A stretch of 38,295 bases of DNA, from NCBI GenBank assembly GCA_044345405.1, contig JBIJBE010000037.1, forward strand, positions 1 through 38,295. The letters run 5' to 3'. Position 1 is the first letter of the stretch; each line of letters opens with the position of its first letter. Source of the stretch: Bdellovibrionota bacterium. GTDB taxonomy: Bacteria > Bdellovibrionota_C > UBA2361 > OMII01. Below are positions 28,694 to 38,295 of the stretch, piece by piece. Position numbers and translations under genes: made by a program. Under the pieces are notes generated by a model. That model was not told where the DNA came from, made no database searches, and was given only the letters and a program-made list of their open reading frames with translations.

Positions 28694-30193
28694 ATGAGTC
28701 TTGAGTCATTAACGTCAAATTTGTGGACCCGACAGGGCCCATCCACGGAACAGGTTCTTAGCGACCGCCGGACAAAGATCATCGCGACCCTTGGGCCATC
28801 CTCGAGAGGTCCTGAGAAGATTAAGAGCCTTATCGAGGCCGGGGCGAACGTGTTCCGTCTGAACTTCTCCCACGGTAGTCACGAGGAGCACCTCGCCGTT
28901 CTCAAAGATGTACGAAAGGTATCCGCCGATATGGGCGCGTGGGTAGCTATCCTGCAGGACCTTTCCGGTCCGAAGATCCGAATCTCAAACGTTGAGGGAG
29001 ACTACTGCCCTATCGTTGATGGCGAGCCAATCGAGCTTCGATTCTCACAGGATAAGTCGAACCTCTCGAACGCGAAGGCGATCTTCGTCGAGACGGTTAA
29101 TCCGATGACCACGTTGAAGCCTGGACACCGCGTGCTCCTCGCTGACGGAATCCTTGAGCTCACCGCTGAGAAGGTGAACGCGGATCACGTCGTATGTCGC
29201 ATCGCGAAGGGTGGACGCATTCGCTCTCGTGTAGGCATCGCTTTCCCTGACAGCGACGTGGATCTTCCAGCTACCACTAAGAAGGACTTCGCTGACCTCG
29301 AGTGGGGAATCACCCACGGCGTGGATTACGTCGCTATCTCATTCGTGAGAAGCGCAGAGGACATCCACGAACTCCGTAAGGTTATCAACGAGAAGGGCTC
29401 AGCCGCGGGCATCATCGCGAAGATCGAACGTCGCGCCGCCCTTGAGAACATCGATGAGATCATTAATGCCGCCGATGGATTGATGGTCGCGCGTGGCGAC
29501 CTCGGACTTGAGGTTCCTCTTGAGCAGCTCCCAATGCTTCAACGCAAGTTGATCGAGGGCGCTAACTATCGCGGAGTTCCCGTTATCGTCGCGACGCAGA
29601 TGATGCACTCGATGATCACAGCCGTTCGCCCGACTCGCGCTGAGGTCTCCGACATCGCCGCGGCGGTTATGAGTGGCGCGGATGCCGTGATGCTCTCTGA
29701 CGAGACCGCAATCGGTGAGCACCCACAGGAGTGCGTACGATACCTGAGCCGAGTAGCGCTCGCGGCTGAGCAGAGCTTTGAGTTCCAAGAGTACAAGCTT
29801 CGTTTACGTGACGCTGATACGCAGACCGTTCCGGACGCTATCGCGTACGCGGCGTGCGCGGCAGCGATCAAGACCCGAGCTGAGGCGATTATCGCGTGCA
29901 CCGAGACCGGCAACTCCGCTCGTCTTGTCGCGAAGTATCGACCGCATCAGCCGTTGTATGGTCTCTCACGCAAAGAGACCGCGCTCCGTCGCATGGCGCT
30001 CTACTGGGGAGTTCGTCCGATCTTCTTCGACTCAGGAGAGAATCACGACTTCGAGATCGAGAGCAGCCTCAAGGTTGTCCAGGCCCGATTGAAGATCAAT
30101 AACGGCACCCGCGCGGTTGTTACCGGCGGACGCTCAACAAAGACCCCTGGATCCACATCGATCCTTGAGGTTCGTGAGATGAATTACTTGTAA
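28694..30193 (+). CDS. pyk: Pyruvate kinase
   Basis: RRTKIIATLGP, RLNFSHG, DLSGPKIR, IIAKIE, MVARGDLG, ATQM and RPTRAEVSD motifs. Confidence 0.98.
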   Translation: MSLESLTSNLWTRQGPSTEQVLSDRRTKIIATLGPSSRGPEKIKSLIEAGANVFRLNFSHGSHEEHLAVLKDVRKVSADMGAWVAILQDLSGPKIRISNVEGDYCPIVDGEPIELRFSQDKSNLSNAKAIFVETVNPMTTLKPGHRVLLADGILELTAEKVNADHVVCRIAKGGRIRSRVGIAFPDSDVDLPATTKKDFADLEWGITHGVDYVAISFVRSAEDIHELRKVINEKGSAAGIIAKIERRAALENIDEIINAADGLMVARGDLGLEVPLEQLPMLQRKLIEGANYRGVPVIVATQMMHSMITAVRPTRAEVSDIAAAVMSGADAVMLSDETAIGEHPQECVRYLSRVALAAEQSFEFQEYKLRLRDADTQTVPDAIAYAACAAAIKTRAEAIIACTETGNSARLVAKYRPHQPLYGLSRKETALRRMALYWGVRPIFFDSGENHDFEIESSLKVVQARLKINNGTRAVVTGGRSTKTPGSTSILEVREMNYL

Positions 30194-30214
30194 GAGACGA
30201 GGAGTACGAGAGCG

Positions 30215-30925
30215 ATGTCAGTTGAGGGAATGATCTCTGAGGCAACCGCGGTCAAGGAAGCTGGTGTATCGGCTCGGACATTGCAGCGGTTCAGTGAGGC
30301 TGGATACCTCACCGTGCAGGTGAAGGGAGACGGTGAGCGTCTTTACTCTCGCCCTCAGCTAGCGGAGATATTCGGTTCCTTCCAGGAGACAAGCGCGTCC
30401 TCAACTCCAACCGAAGAGGTACACGCGGAGTCCTCGTGCCACGCCGGCTCTTCATGCGACACCGATACGACCTCGTACTACTCCCATGCGGAGCCAGCTC
30501 CGATGGTGGAGCGTGTCGCCTCAGTAACAACGGAGCCAACTGACACGAAGACGACCCCAGACCTTGCTCCTCTCAACGAGGAGATTCAGCGGCTCAAGAA
30601 CCTCGTGTCGTTGCAAGAGCGCATCCTCGATATGAAGGAGTCCGAGATTCAGGACCTTCGGTCGCAGCGCGATTGGCTCAAGACTCGTGTTGAGAAACTT
30701 GAGGAGAAGGGAGATCGAGATCAGGTCCTCCTCCTCTCTGAGACCCAAGCGCTCCGACAGCTCATCGGTCTTCAACAAAAGCGTCCATCAGCGATTCGTA
30801 GCCTCCTGGAGTGGCTCGGACTGGGCAACTCTGAGTCGCTGCCTGCCCTCCCCTCGAATCAGGATATCGCGACCACAGGCTCTTCGCAGAGCACGATCGT
30901 GGTAAACAAGGCCGCTAACGGGTAG
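30215..30925 (+). CDS. MerR-type HTH protein with a C-terminal coiled coil
   Basis: N-terminal AVKEAGVSARTLQRFSEAGYL...GERLY; heptad region EEIQRLKNLV...LEEK. Confidence 0.75.
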   Translation: MSVEGMISEATAVKEAGVSARTLQRFSEAGYLTVQVKGDGERLYSRPQLAEIFGSFQETSASSTPTEEVHAESSCHAGSSCDTDTTSYYSHAEPAPMVERVASVTTEPTDTKTTPDLAPLNEEIQRLKNLVSLQERILDMKESEIQDLRSQRDWLKTRVEKLEEKGDRDQVLLLSETQALRQLIGLQQKRPSAIRSLLEWLGLGNSESLPALPSNQDIATTGSSQSTIVVNKAANG

Positions 30926-31093
30926 CCGCTCGACAGGCACGTATCACCCCCATCATAGACACCTGCCTCGCAGGCGATAGAGATCGGTATATCTGCGCTG
31001 AAGCCTCCTGGCCCAAGTAAACTTCGAGCGGACGCTGGCGTTCCCCGCCACTCAGGAGTAGATCTCTCGCTACAATCCTTTTGCGGAGCCCCT

Positions 31094-31786
31094 ATGAGAA
31101 AACTAGTAGCACTTTTTTTCGCTACGCTCGCCGTCTGTGGCACCTCTGTAACGAGCACCTACGCGCAAAGCACCGACGTTCAAAGTTGGACGCAGGTAAT
31201 CACGCAGGTGACTATCAACAAAGAGTGGTTCGCCTACATGGAGGCGCAACCGCGACTTGGTGACGATATCTCTCGATTGGAGCGGCTCATCATCCGACCA
31301 GCGATGGGATACAATATCAACCCGAACGTCGCTCTCTTTCTAGGCTACGCCTGGACCCCGACGTTCATGAACAATCAGTACGAAGAGAGCTTTAGAAACG
31401 AGAACCGAATATGGGAACAGATCCTCATCAAGGATTCCCGCTGGGGTCTCGATTGGCAGCACCGATTACGACAAGAGCAGCGGATAATCGAAGATGCCGG
31501 AGGCCCCTCGAATCGAACACGATACCTCCTTCGTGGAAGCTACGCCCTCTCCGACTCCGGCGCGTTCGGTCTCACTGGGTACAACGAGATATTCGTGAAC
31601 CTTAACTCTGAACGCAACGGTCCCAAGGGGGGCTTCGATAGAGATAGATTCTTCTTCGGCCCCTACTTCACTCAAGGCCCAGGACGATACGAGATCGGAT
31701 ACGTCGGCGAGTACGCGCAGAAGTTTGACGAGGACGGGGGGCGATACGTCAGCGCGATTATGGTGATGGCTATCTTGAATTTTTAA
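31094..31786 (+). CDS. DUF2490-family outer-membrane beta-barrel protein
   Basis: Signal peptide, ENRIWEQ, HRLRQEQR, RTRY, NEIFVNL, GFDRDR and C-terminal Phe. Confidence 0.88.
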   Translation: MRKLVALFFATLAVCGTSVTSTYAQSTDVQSWTQVITQVTINKEWFAYMEAQPRLGDDISRLERLIIRPAMGYNINPNVALFLGYAWTPTFMNNQYEESFRNENRIWEQILIKDSRWGLDWQHRLRQEQRIIEDAGGPSNRTRYLLRGSYALSDSGAFGLTGYNEIFVNLNSERNGPKGGFDRDRFFFGPYFTQGPGRYEIGYVGEYAQKFDEDGGRYVSAIMVMAILNF

Positions 31787-31800
31787 CGAGGCTAGCGCCA

Positions 31801-32647
31801 TGGGAGGGCGAGCATTCCTGCTCGCCGGAAATGTCGCGTATCGAAAATGACCTTCACCGCGAATTCCAACGCGGCGGTCAGGCTTGTCCCCCGTAGCTTT
31901 AGCGTAGGGGGGAATGACCGCCCTCCGAGCTCACGGGTCGAACATTGGGAGGGCGAGCATTCCTGCTCGCCGGAAATGTCGCGTATCGAATTTGACCTTC
32001 ACCGCGAATTCCAACGCGGCGGTCAGGCTTGTCCCCCGTAGCTTTAGCGTAGGGGGGAATGACCGCCCTCCCAGCTCACGGGTCGCACCTTGGGACGGCG
32101 AGCATTCCTGCTCGCCGGAAATGTCGCGTATCGAAAATGACCTTCACCGCGGATTCCAACACGGCGGTCAGGAATGACCGCCCTCCGGGCTCACGGGTCG
32201 CACATTGGGAGGGCGAGCATTCCTGCTCGCCGGAAATGTCGCGTATCGAAAATGACCTTTTCCGCGGATTCCAACGCGGCGGTCAGGAATGACCGCCCTC
32301 CCAGCTCACGGGTCGCACATTGGGAGGGCGAGCATTCCTGCTCGCCGGAAATGTCGCGTATCGAAAATGACCTTCACCGCGGATTCCAACACGGCGGTCA
32401 GGAATGACCGCCCTCCGGGCTCACGGGTCGCACATTGGGAGGGCGAGCATTCCTGCTCGCCGGAAATGTCGCGTATCGAAAATGACCTTCTCCGCGGATT
32501 CCAACGCGGCGGTCAGGAATGACCGCCCTCCGGGCTCACGGGTCCCACATTGGGAGGGCGAGCATTCCTGCTCGCCGGAAATGTCGCGTATCGAATTTGA
32601 CCTTCACCGCGAATTCCAACGCGGCGGTCAGGAATGACCGCCCTCCC
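31801..32647. repeat. Tandem array of 7 REPIN/BIME-like units (115-bp period; first two 145 bp)
   Basis: Units start at 31801, 31946, 32091, 32206, 32321, 32436 and 32551. Each is GGGAGGGCGAGCATTCCTGCTCGCC...GGCGGTCAGGAATGACCGCCCTCC. The array lies between convergent genes. Confidence 0.92.
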
Positions 32648-32649
32648 GT

Positions 32650-33597
32650 TTACTTCGCCGCAGGCGGAGCAACCGGCGCTGGCGCTACTGGCGCTGCAGC
32701 AGCAGGTGGAGGCGCAGCAGCGGCCGGGGCAGCCGCATCCAGCTTCGGCTCAACCTTCTTAGCGGCCTTCGCCTTCACAGGCTTGGTAGGTGCTTTTGGG
32801 GCAGCAGGCTCAACAGCTTTTGGAGCCGCCGCTGCCGCCGTAGCCTTCTCCGCCTCTTCGCCGACGCGAACGTGAACGCGGCGGTTAGCCTCGTACGCCC
32901 AGTCCTCCTTCTCCGTGAAGAGAGGTCGGGTCTCGCCGAAGCTTATCGTGGAAACCGTGTCGACAGGAATTCCCTGCGCTACCAATTCATTCTTCACCGC
33001 CTCCGCTCGATCAAGACCGAGCTTCTGATTGTACGACTCACCTCCACGGGAGTCGGTGTGACCCTCAAGCACGACCTTCAGGTATCCCTCTCGGCGCAGG
33101 ATGTCAGCGGCGACCTTCACCTTCTCCTTTCCGGCGGGATTGAGTGTTCGCTTATTGAAATCGAAATTAGTGTCAGGGAAATAGAGCGCCTGTTGCTGCG
33201 ACACCTCACCTCCGCCCTCGACTACCTTGCCGACATTGCTGTCGTAGTCGAACGGCGAGATCTGACGGCAGTCAGGTGTGCCTTGATTTCGCGAGAAGCA
33301 TGAAGGCTGCCGGAAATCGTACGGCTCACGATATCCCATGATCGCTTTCGTCTCAGGTGTAGACGACGCGAAATAGCTCAGTGGACGAAAGATAACCTCG
33401 CGCAGTACCCAACCCACGGGATGGAGAGCGTAGGCGATAACGCGAAGTGGGTGTGACTCTGACTCTCGATATCGGGGAGAAGGATGATAGTCTGAATCGG
33501 TCTGATCCATCGGAAGGATATCTTGCGCGCGCGCGACGCTACACTGAAGAGCGATGCTGGTAGCGGCGACGAGAAGAAGACGACGAGGTGTGATCAT
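32650..33597 (-). CDS. OmpA-family peptidoglycan-binding protein with an extra N-terminal domain and an Ala/Pro/Lys tail
   Basis: Signal peptide; NFDFNK, LEGHTDSRG...YNQKLGLDRA, SFGETRP and NRRV motifs. Confidence 0.92.
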   Translation of the reverse strand: MITPRRLLLVAATSIALQCSVARAQDILPMDQTDSDYHPSPRYRESESHPLRVIAYALHPVGWVLREVIFRPLSYFASSTPETKAIMGYREPYDFRQPSCFSRNQGTPDCRQISPFDYDSNVGKVVEGGGEVSQQQALYFPDTNFDFNKRTLNPAGKEKVKVAADILRREGYLKVVLEGHTDSRGGESYNQKLGLDRAEAVKNELVAQGIPVDTVSTISFGETRPLFTEKEDWAYEANRRVHVRVGEEAEKATAAAAAPKAVEPAAPKAPTKPVKAKAAKKVEPKLDAAAPAAAAPPPAAAAPVAPAPVAPPAAK

Positions 33598-33866
33598 AAT
33601 AAAACCTTACGAGAGCGCGTTGTGAAATCACTACTCCAGTTGCGTGGAACGTCCGTGCAGGCACTACTCAACTACCGAGGAGGGTATGATCATCCGTGAG
33701 CTCCTCTCGATATGTGACTACTCAACTGGTCTATGATGCAGTGGGTGCCCGTATGGTTACCGAACTAGCAAAAAGATATCCGCGTTCTACGCACTAAAAC
33801 AAAATGCATTGTAAGTAGGTGGTGTGGCGTGGGGCACGATGGTGAAAAGAGGGAGGGCGAACAGCC

Positions 33867-34691
33867 CTATCCCTCCCGCACCAACGAGATCCAGACCGTC
33901 CTTCCTGTCGCTTTGTCGATATCGGCGATCACGCCGTGCAGAATCCCCTCTCCCTCAGCGATCTGATACGGAGCTGGCGTTGGAGAGAGGAACCGCTTCA
34001 GGGCGACCTGCGCGTCCATCCCGATCACTCCCGTGTTCGATCCCGTCATGCCGAGATCGGTGAGGTATCCAGTACCTCCCGGCAGAATTTGAGCGTCCGC
34101 GGTTTGCACATGGGTGTGGGTTCCAACCACTAACGACATCCGTCCATCCACGTACCGTCCCATCGCCCACTTTTCAGAGGTAGCCTCGGCGTGGATATCG
34201 CAGATCGTTATCGAGGGACCTTTCGCGGCAACCTCAGAGAGGAATCCATCAACACATCGGAAGGGACACTCCGTGGCTCCGCCCATGAAAACCCGCCCCA
34301 TCACGTTGATCACATGCACCGTGACGCCGTCCGGAGACCGCCACGAACACCATCCCTTGCCAGGGGTGGCATCCTTCGGAAGGTTACACGGTCGGATACA
34401 CCACTCTCCGTTCTTTTCAAGAAACTCATTCACACCCTTTCGCTGAAAGGCGTGGTCACCGAGGGTCACGATATCAACCCCCGCCGACCGTATCTCCAAT
34501 GCGGTACCCGCGTCGATTCCGGCGCCACCGGCCGCGTTCTCGCCATTCACGATAACAAGGTCGGCGGATGCTCGCTGCGTAAGTGGACGCAAAGACCGGT
34601 TCAACGCGACACGCCCCGGTCGTCCTACAACATCACCCAACACTATAACGCGAAGACATCCCTCGCTCTTCTCTGGAAAGTTCATGCTCAT
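33867..34691 (-). CDS. ymdB: YmdB/TIGR00282 metallophosphoesterase
   Basis: GDVVGRPGR, NGENAAGG, TLGDH, DIHAEATSEK, GTHTHVQTAD and TDLGMTG motifs. Confidence 0.95.
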   Translation of the reverse strand: MSMNFPEKSEGCLRVIVLGDVVGRPGRVALNRSLRPLTQRASADLVIVNGENAAGGAGIDAGTALEIRSAGVDIVTLGDHAFQRKGVNEFLEKNGEWCIRPCNLPKDATPGKGWCSWRSPDGVTVHVINVMGRVFMGGATECPFRCVDGFLSEVAAKGPSITICDIHAEATSEKWAMGRYVDGRMSLVVGTHTHVQTADAQILPGGTGYLTDLGMTGSNTGVIGMDAQVALKRFLSPTPAPYQIAEGEGILHGVIADIDKATGRTVWISLVREG

Positions 34692-34694
34692 TCC

Positions 34695-35300
34695 TTACTG
34701 GGCGCTAATTCTCACAACATCATCTTCATGACAGATCCAATCAACGTGCACATCGTGCGGATCCGTTGGCACACTCGGTACAACTTGCATCGACCAACAC
34801 ACGCCTATCTTAAGCATGTCAACGTTCTTCGTTCGCTCAAGAAACCTGTCGTAAAATCCGCCCCCTCGTCCCAAGCGAGCTCCACGGGCATCAAAGGCGA
34901 CCCCCGGAACGAGCACCGCGAGACGTCCGATCCGCGAGCCGTCGAGAACATCGCCATACCCCGCGCATGGTTGGAGCACCCCGTGGTCACCCTTCTCCAT
35001 ATGTATCGCCCACTCGGAATCTACCTCGATGAATTCCATCATACCGGCCCCAACGACCCGAGGAAGGTAGACTCGCTTCGTCCTAAGCATCTCCGCTATG
35101 ACGCCGGCGAGATCGACCTCTCCCGCGAAACTTGGAATCCACGCGAGCACATCCGTAATCGGACGCTCGGACTCTCGATGAATAACTTCGATAACCCGTC
35201 GACACACCTCCACATGCGCGGCGGCCTGCCATCTCTTATCGAGGTTTGAGAGGACCCTCTTCATGTCCTGTCGCATCTCTTTTTTCCGCTGTTGGCCCAT
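34695..35300 (-). CDS. ygfA: 5-formyltetrahydrofolate cyclo-ligase
   Basis: GEVDL, VYLPRV, VPGVAFD..G.RLGRGGGFYDRFL and HDVHVD motifs. Confidence 0.95.
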   Translation of the reverse strand: MGQQRKKEMRQDMKRVLSNLDKRWQAAAHVEVCRRVIEVIHRESERPITDVLAWIPSFAGEVDLAGVIAEMLRTKRVYLPRVVGAGMMEFIEVDSEWAIHMEKGDHGVLQPCAGYGDVLDGSRIGRLAVLVPGVAFDARGARLGRGGGFYDRFLERTKNVDMLKIGVCWSMQVVPSVPTDPHDVHVDWICHEDDVVRISAQ

Positions 35301-35539
35301 GCGCTATCCAAAGATTGAACTATTAAAATAGGGGGTGATATAATCCTTTTATAGGTTGCGGCATCCTACTCATAATCGAACGATTCGGGCCATCCAGTCA
35401 TTCGAAAAAAGGAGTCGTCAGAGATGCGAGCTGTGCGTTTCAGATGGTTTACGAACCTCCGAAACGGCTAAGCGAGAGCTCTGGCAAGGATTTTAGGTTG
35501 TACGGGATAGGAAGCTATTCCGGTTTTTTTCGGTGGGTC

Positions 35540-36229
35540 ATGGCGTCTTCTCTCCTCTCCCGCTCGTTCTTCCTGTTTGTGTCCTTACTCGCGATCGGAA
35601 TGCCCTATATCGCGAACGCGGAGCCACATATCACTCAGAGGATCTCTGAGTCGTTCGCGAACCGATTCACCACCACGGTTCCCCTCAAACAATGTGAATA
35701 TCCACGATTTTGGTCTCACGGAAATTCGACAACACAGGCTGTGGCGCTACGAGATGCCCGCATCCCGTTCATCGCGATCGAATCCCAGCCGCTGGCACCC
35801 CTGCTTCCAAGTGAGCACACCAAGGGGCTCTTTCATCGGATTACTGCGTATTATGCGGAGCTGGGGTACGTTATTCCTGAGACACTCACAGTTGTCGCCT
35901 CGACATCCCCTAACGCCTTCATTCGAAAGGGGCGTGAGGTAGTGCTAACAACGGCAATGACTCGTGAGGTGACCGAGGTCTCAGAGGTGGCGTTCATCCT
36001 CGCTCACGAGGTCGCTCACGTCGCGTTAGGACACCACGTTCAGGGGGGCATATCAGCCGAGGTCGCCGCCGACACGTTAGCGCTCAAGGTAGTCACGGCC
36101 CTTGGCTTCAATCCCTGCTCTGGACCGAGTGTTCTTGAGCGGTTAGGTTCCCCCTCCCAACTCAGGTTGGTGAGTGTAACCCCCCGACTCCAGGCACTGC
36201 AAAGCCAGACCTCAAGCTTCTGTGGCTAA
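35540..36229 (+). CDS. M48-family zinc metallopeptidase, exported
   Basis: Signal peptide, PNAF, EVAFILAHEVAH and EVAAD motifs. Confidence 0.85.
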   Translation: MASSLLSRSFFLFVSLLAIGMPYIANAEPHITQRISESFANRFTTTVPLKQCEYPRFWSHGNSTTQAVALRDARIPFIAIESQPLAPLLPSEHTKGLFHRITAYYAELGYVIPETLTVVASTSPNAFIRKGREVVLTTAMTREVTEVSEVAFILAHEVAHVALGHHVQGGISAEVAADTLALKVVTALGFNPCSGPSVLERLGSPSQLRLVSVTPRLQALQSQTSSFCG

Positions 36230-36426
36230 ATATCACCACCTCCCCTTCCGAAAGGCTTTAGTGGTTCTCTCAAACTGACGACTACTCCGAAGGGATAGGT
36301 AAGGTCTGGGGAGCGATACCGTCCTTCGGAGAGACATCGCGACATATGTCGGGTGCCAGCCGAACATGGAGCTCCCCAAAACGACGCGCGACCCACACAT
36401 AACGAGGGCGTCGCGCTCATGGGACT

Positions 36427-37158
36427 ATGAAAGAGAAAACGCTCAAAATGAGCCCTGTGGAAAGGGCGTCCTGCACCGTTCTCGTGGTCGAGAGCGATCC
36501 AGGCGAAGCCACCCACATGCGTGAGGCTCTCAAGAGTCTCGGGTTCGCGAGCATCTCTGAGGCACCGAGCCATCACATAGCTCTTGAGAAACTCACATCG
36601 CGGCAGTTTACCCACGTCATCTTCGACGCGAAAAAAAGCACGTCGTATCCGATGAAGGACTGGCTCACGAAGGTCTTTGAGATTGATAGCTCGATTATCG
36701 CGCTTCCCGCTTCGAATAACCCAAATGTCGATGACGTATTTGACCTTCTCGTGATCGGCGCACGAGGGTATCTCGTCAAACCGTTCACCTTTGAGGGGGT
36801 CGACGCCGCCGTAGTCATGGCGACAAAGGGAGAGCCGATCTCCGATAGAGTTCTCGGGGCAAAAGATCGAAATGAAGCGCTCGTCGCGATGATGATGACA
36901 AGCGTTGATCGTCTCGCCACCGTATTCCGCCAAGCGAAGCAGTTCGAAACCGCGAAACGAGCGCTCCCGCACGCGCTCGCCGCCCTCGAGCGGGCGGCGG
37001 ACCTCGCGCACACCTTCGCGAAGGGCGGCGAAGAAGGTCTGATCGCCTCACTCGAAAACTTCTGTATCAAGCAAAGCCACGGCCCAGCGACCCGACTCGG
37101 TCGACTACGCAAACGCCTCTCTACCACTCGATCGACCGATGAAACCAACCCGGAATAA
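36427..37158 (+). CDS. Response-regulator receiver protein with an unknown helical C-terminal domain
   Basis: VLVVESD, HVIFD and GARGYLVKPF receiver pattern. Confidence 0.85.
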   Translation: MKEKTLKMSPVERASCTVLVVESDPGEATHMREALKSLGFASISEAPSHHIALEKLTSRQFTHVIFDAKKSTSYPMKDWLTKVFEIDSSIIALPASNNPNVDDVFDLLVIGARGYLVKPFTFEGVDAAVVMATKGEPISDRVLGAKDRNEALVAMMMTSVDRLATVFRQAKQFETAKRALPHALAALERAADLAHTFAKGGEEGLIASLENFCIKQSHGPATRLGRLRKRLSTTRSTDETNPE

Positions 37159-37831
37159 CCCGCGCGCCCTCGTGTCTCTCACCGCCCTCGCTGCCCTCTC
37201 AGTGAGTTTGGGGCTCATCACCGCGACCCATAGCGAAGCGGAGACTCTTGAAAACATAATCGAGTCCAAGGCGATGCAAGATTTTAAACAGAGCGGCACG
37301 GTGAATCTCAGGAGAGACAAAAAAGCCGCTGCACTCAATCAATGGCTCCGCGGCATCGATCCGAACAGCAACTTCTCCACCATCTGGACCTCCAGTAACG
37401 CGCCACAAGCGCTGCTTAATTGGGCCGGAGCAAAACTTCCCTACATGCACTACAAACGCCCCCGAAGCGCTCGATCCCGCGATTTCGTGTCGGCCGAGGT
37501 CGATCTCTCGACCTCGCAGCGAGAGGTATCGCATCTCGTAATCATGGTTCCCCATCCAAGCATCTCGCCCCTCGTTGAAGCCAACGTGCTTGAGGAGTTC
37601 CGCAGACTCCGCCCCCCGATGCTTGAGGTGGTTTCTGAAAAACCGATCCCCCTCACGGGAGCGCAAGGCACCCTCTATGAACATAAAGAGGGTGGCGGAT
37701 CACTGGTTATACCGATCTCCCAAAATGGGCTCATCAATATCACGATAACAGACTTCAAAAAGTCGCAGATGTTGATCGATATCGCGAAAGGGCTTGATAT
37801 CGAACGATTGAATCGGAAGTTGGATTCGTAG
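37139..37831 (+). CDS. Exported hypothetical protein
   Basis: Signal peptide-like N-terminus (HSEA|E); overlaps the end of the receiver gene. Confidence 0.7.
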   Translation: MKPTRNNPRALVSLTALAALSVSLGLITATHSEAETLENIIESKAMQDFKQSGTVNLRRDKKAAALNQWLRGIDPNSNFSTIWTSSNAPQALLNWAGAKLPYMHYKRPRSARSRDFVSAEVDLSTSQREVSHLVIMVPHPSISPLVEANVLEEFRRLRPPMLEVVSEKPIPLTGAQGTLYEHKEGGGSLVIPISQNGLINITITDFKKSQMLIDIAKGLDIERLNRKLDS

Positions 37832-37983
37832 AGGCGCACGCCGTTTGTTTTTTCAGCGTCACCCCGAGTGGGGTTTGTTTTTGATCTCACTCCCACGCTC
37901 CAGGCCGGCCTATCAGCGCAAATATGGGGATTGATTTCCTCAATTTCTTTTCGAATTAAGCCGCCAAGGATGGAATCGCACCA

Positions 37984-38295
37984 TGGGAGGGCGAGCATTC
38001 CTGCTCGCCGGAAATGTCGCGTATCGAAAATGACCTTCACCGCGGATTCCAACGCGGCGGTCAGGAATGACCGCCCTCCGAGCTCACGGGTCGCACATTG
38101 GGAGGGCGAGCATTTCTGCTCGCCGAAAATGTCGCGTATCGAAAATGACCTTCACCGCGGATTCCAACACGGCGGTCAGGAATGACCGCCCTCCGGGCTC
38201 ACGGGTCGCGCATTGGGAGGGCGAGCATTCCTGCTCGCCGGAAATGTCGCGTATCGAAAATGACCTTTACCGCGGATTCCAACGCGGCGGTCAGG
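37984..38295. repeat. Second array of the same 115-bp REPIN-like unit, running off the window end
   Basis: Units start at 37984, 38099 and 38214 (partial) and are near-identical to those at 31801-32647. Confidence 0.92.

Noticed and set aside
30215-30925. CarH/LitR photoreceptor for the rhodopsin cluster
   Set aside because: It has a MerR-like HTH but no B12-binding ExHxxG domain; the C-terminus is coiled coil.
31801-32647. CRISPR array
   Set aside because: The sequence between palindromes is near-identical in every unit, so there are no unique spacers, and no cas genes are present.
31847-32875. Series of 64-118 aa ORFs (MTAL...), also 37868-38185
   Set aside because: They arise from the 115-bp period (not a multiple of 3) of a palindromic repeat and show no protein-family signal.
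34191-35249. 352-aa plus-strand ORF, and similar long antisense ORFs (36226-37011, 19149-19739)
   Set aside because: These are shadows of well-supported genes on the opposite strand.
35301-35539. 6S RNA upstream of ygfA
   Set aside because: Synteny would predict it, but I could not find the long irregular hairpin. An Infernal search would be needed.

Overview
Bacterial chromosomal segment of moderately high GC, probably from an aquatic diderm; the lineage cannot be fixed from sequence alone. The left ~23 kb is accessory. It holds a short tandem repeat, a 1460-aa secreted Thr/Pro-linker protein, a GH3 gene truncated at a 105-bp inverted-repeat element and a GT87 glycosyltransferase. It also holds an IS4-family shell (intact 11-bp terminal IRs, 9-bp target duplication, only the transposase 3' end left) enclosing an FGE/C-lectin-fold gene, then an amidase, a CPA1 Na+/H+ antiporter and a MerT/MerP-like metal cluster. 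Next come a DTE xanthorhodopsin-like pump with crtI-crtB-crtY-blh, an SSB-like paralog and a YigE/NAGPA protein. Two tandem integrase-less mini-elements sit at the tRNA-His 3' end (one carries brnTA, one is empty), and their hairpins show compensatory changes. The right part is mostly core: dprA, a PH-domain protein, a Lys/Ala-rich protein, an adenosine-deaminase-like protein, pyk, a MerR-HTH protein, DUF2490, OmpA, ymdB, ygfA, an M48 peptidase and a receiver protein. Two arrays of 115-bp REPIN-like units interrupt it. Best candidates for new biology: the tRNA-His mini-cassettes and the cargo-carrying IS4 shell. All calls come from reading motifs by eye; no searches were run.
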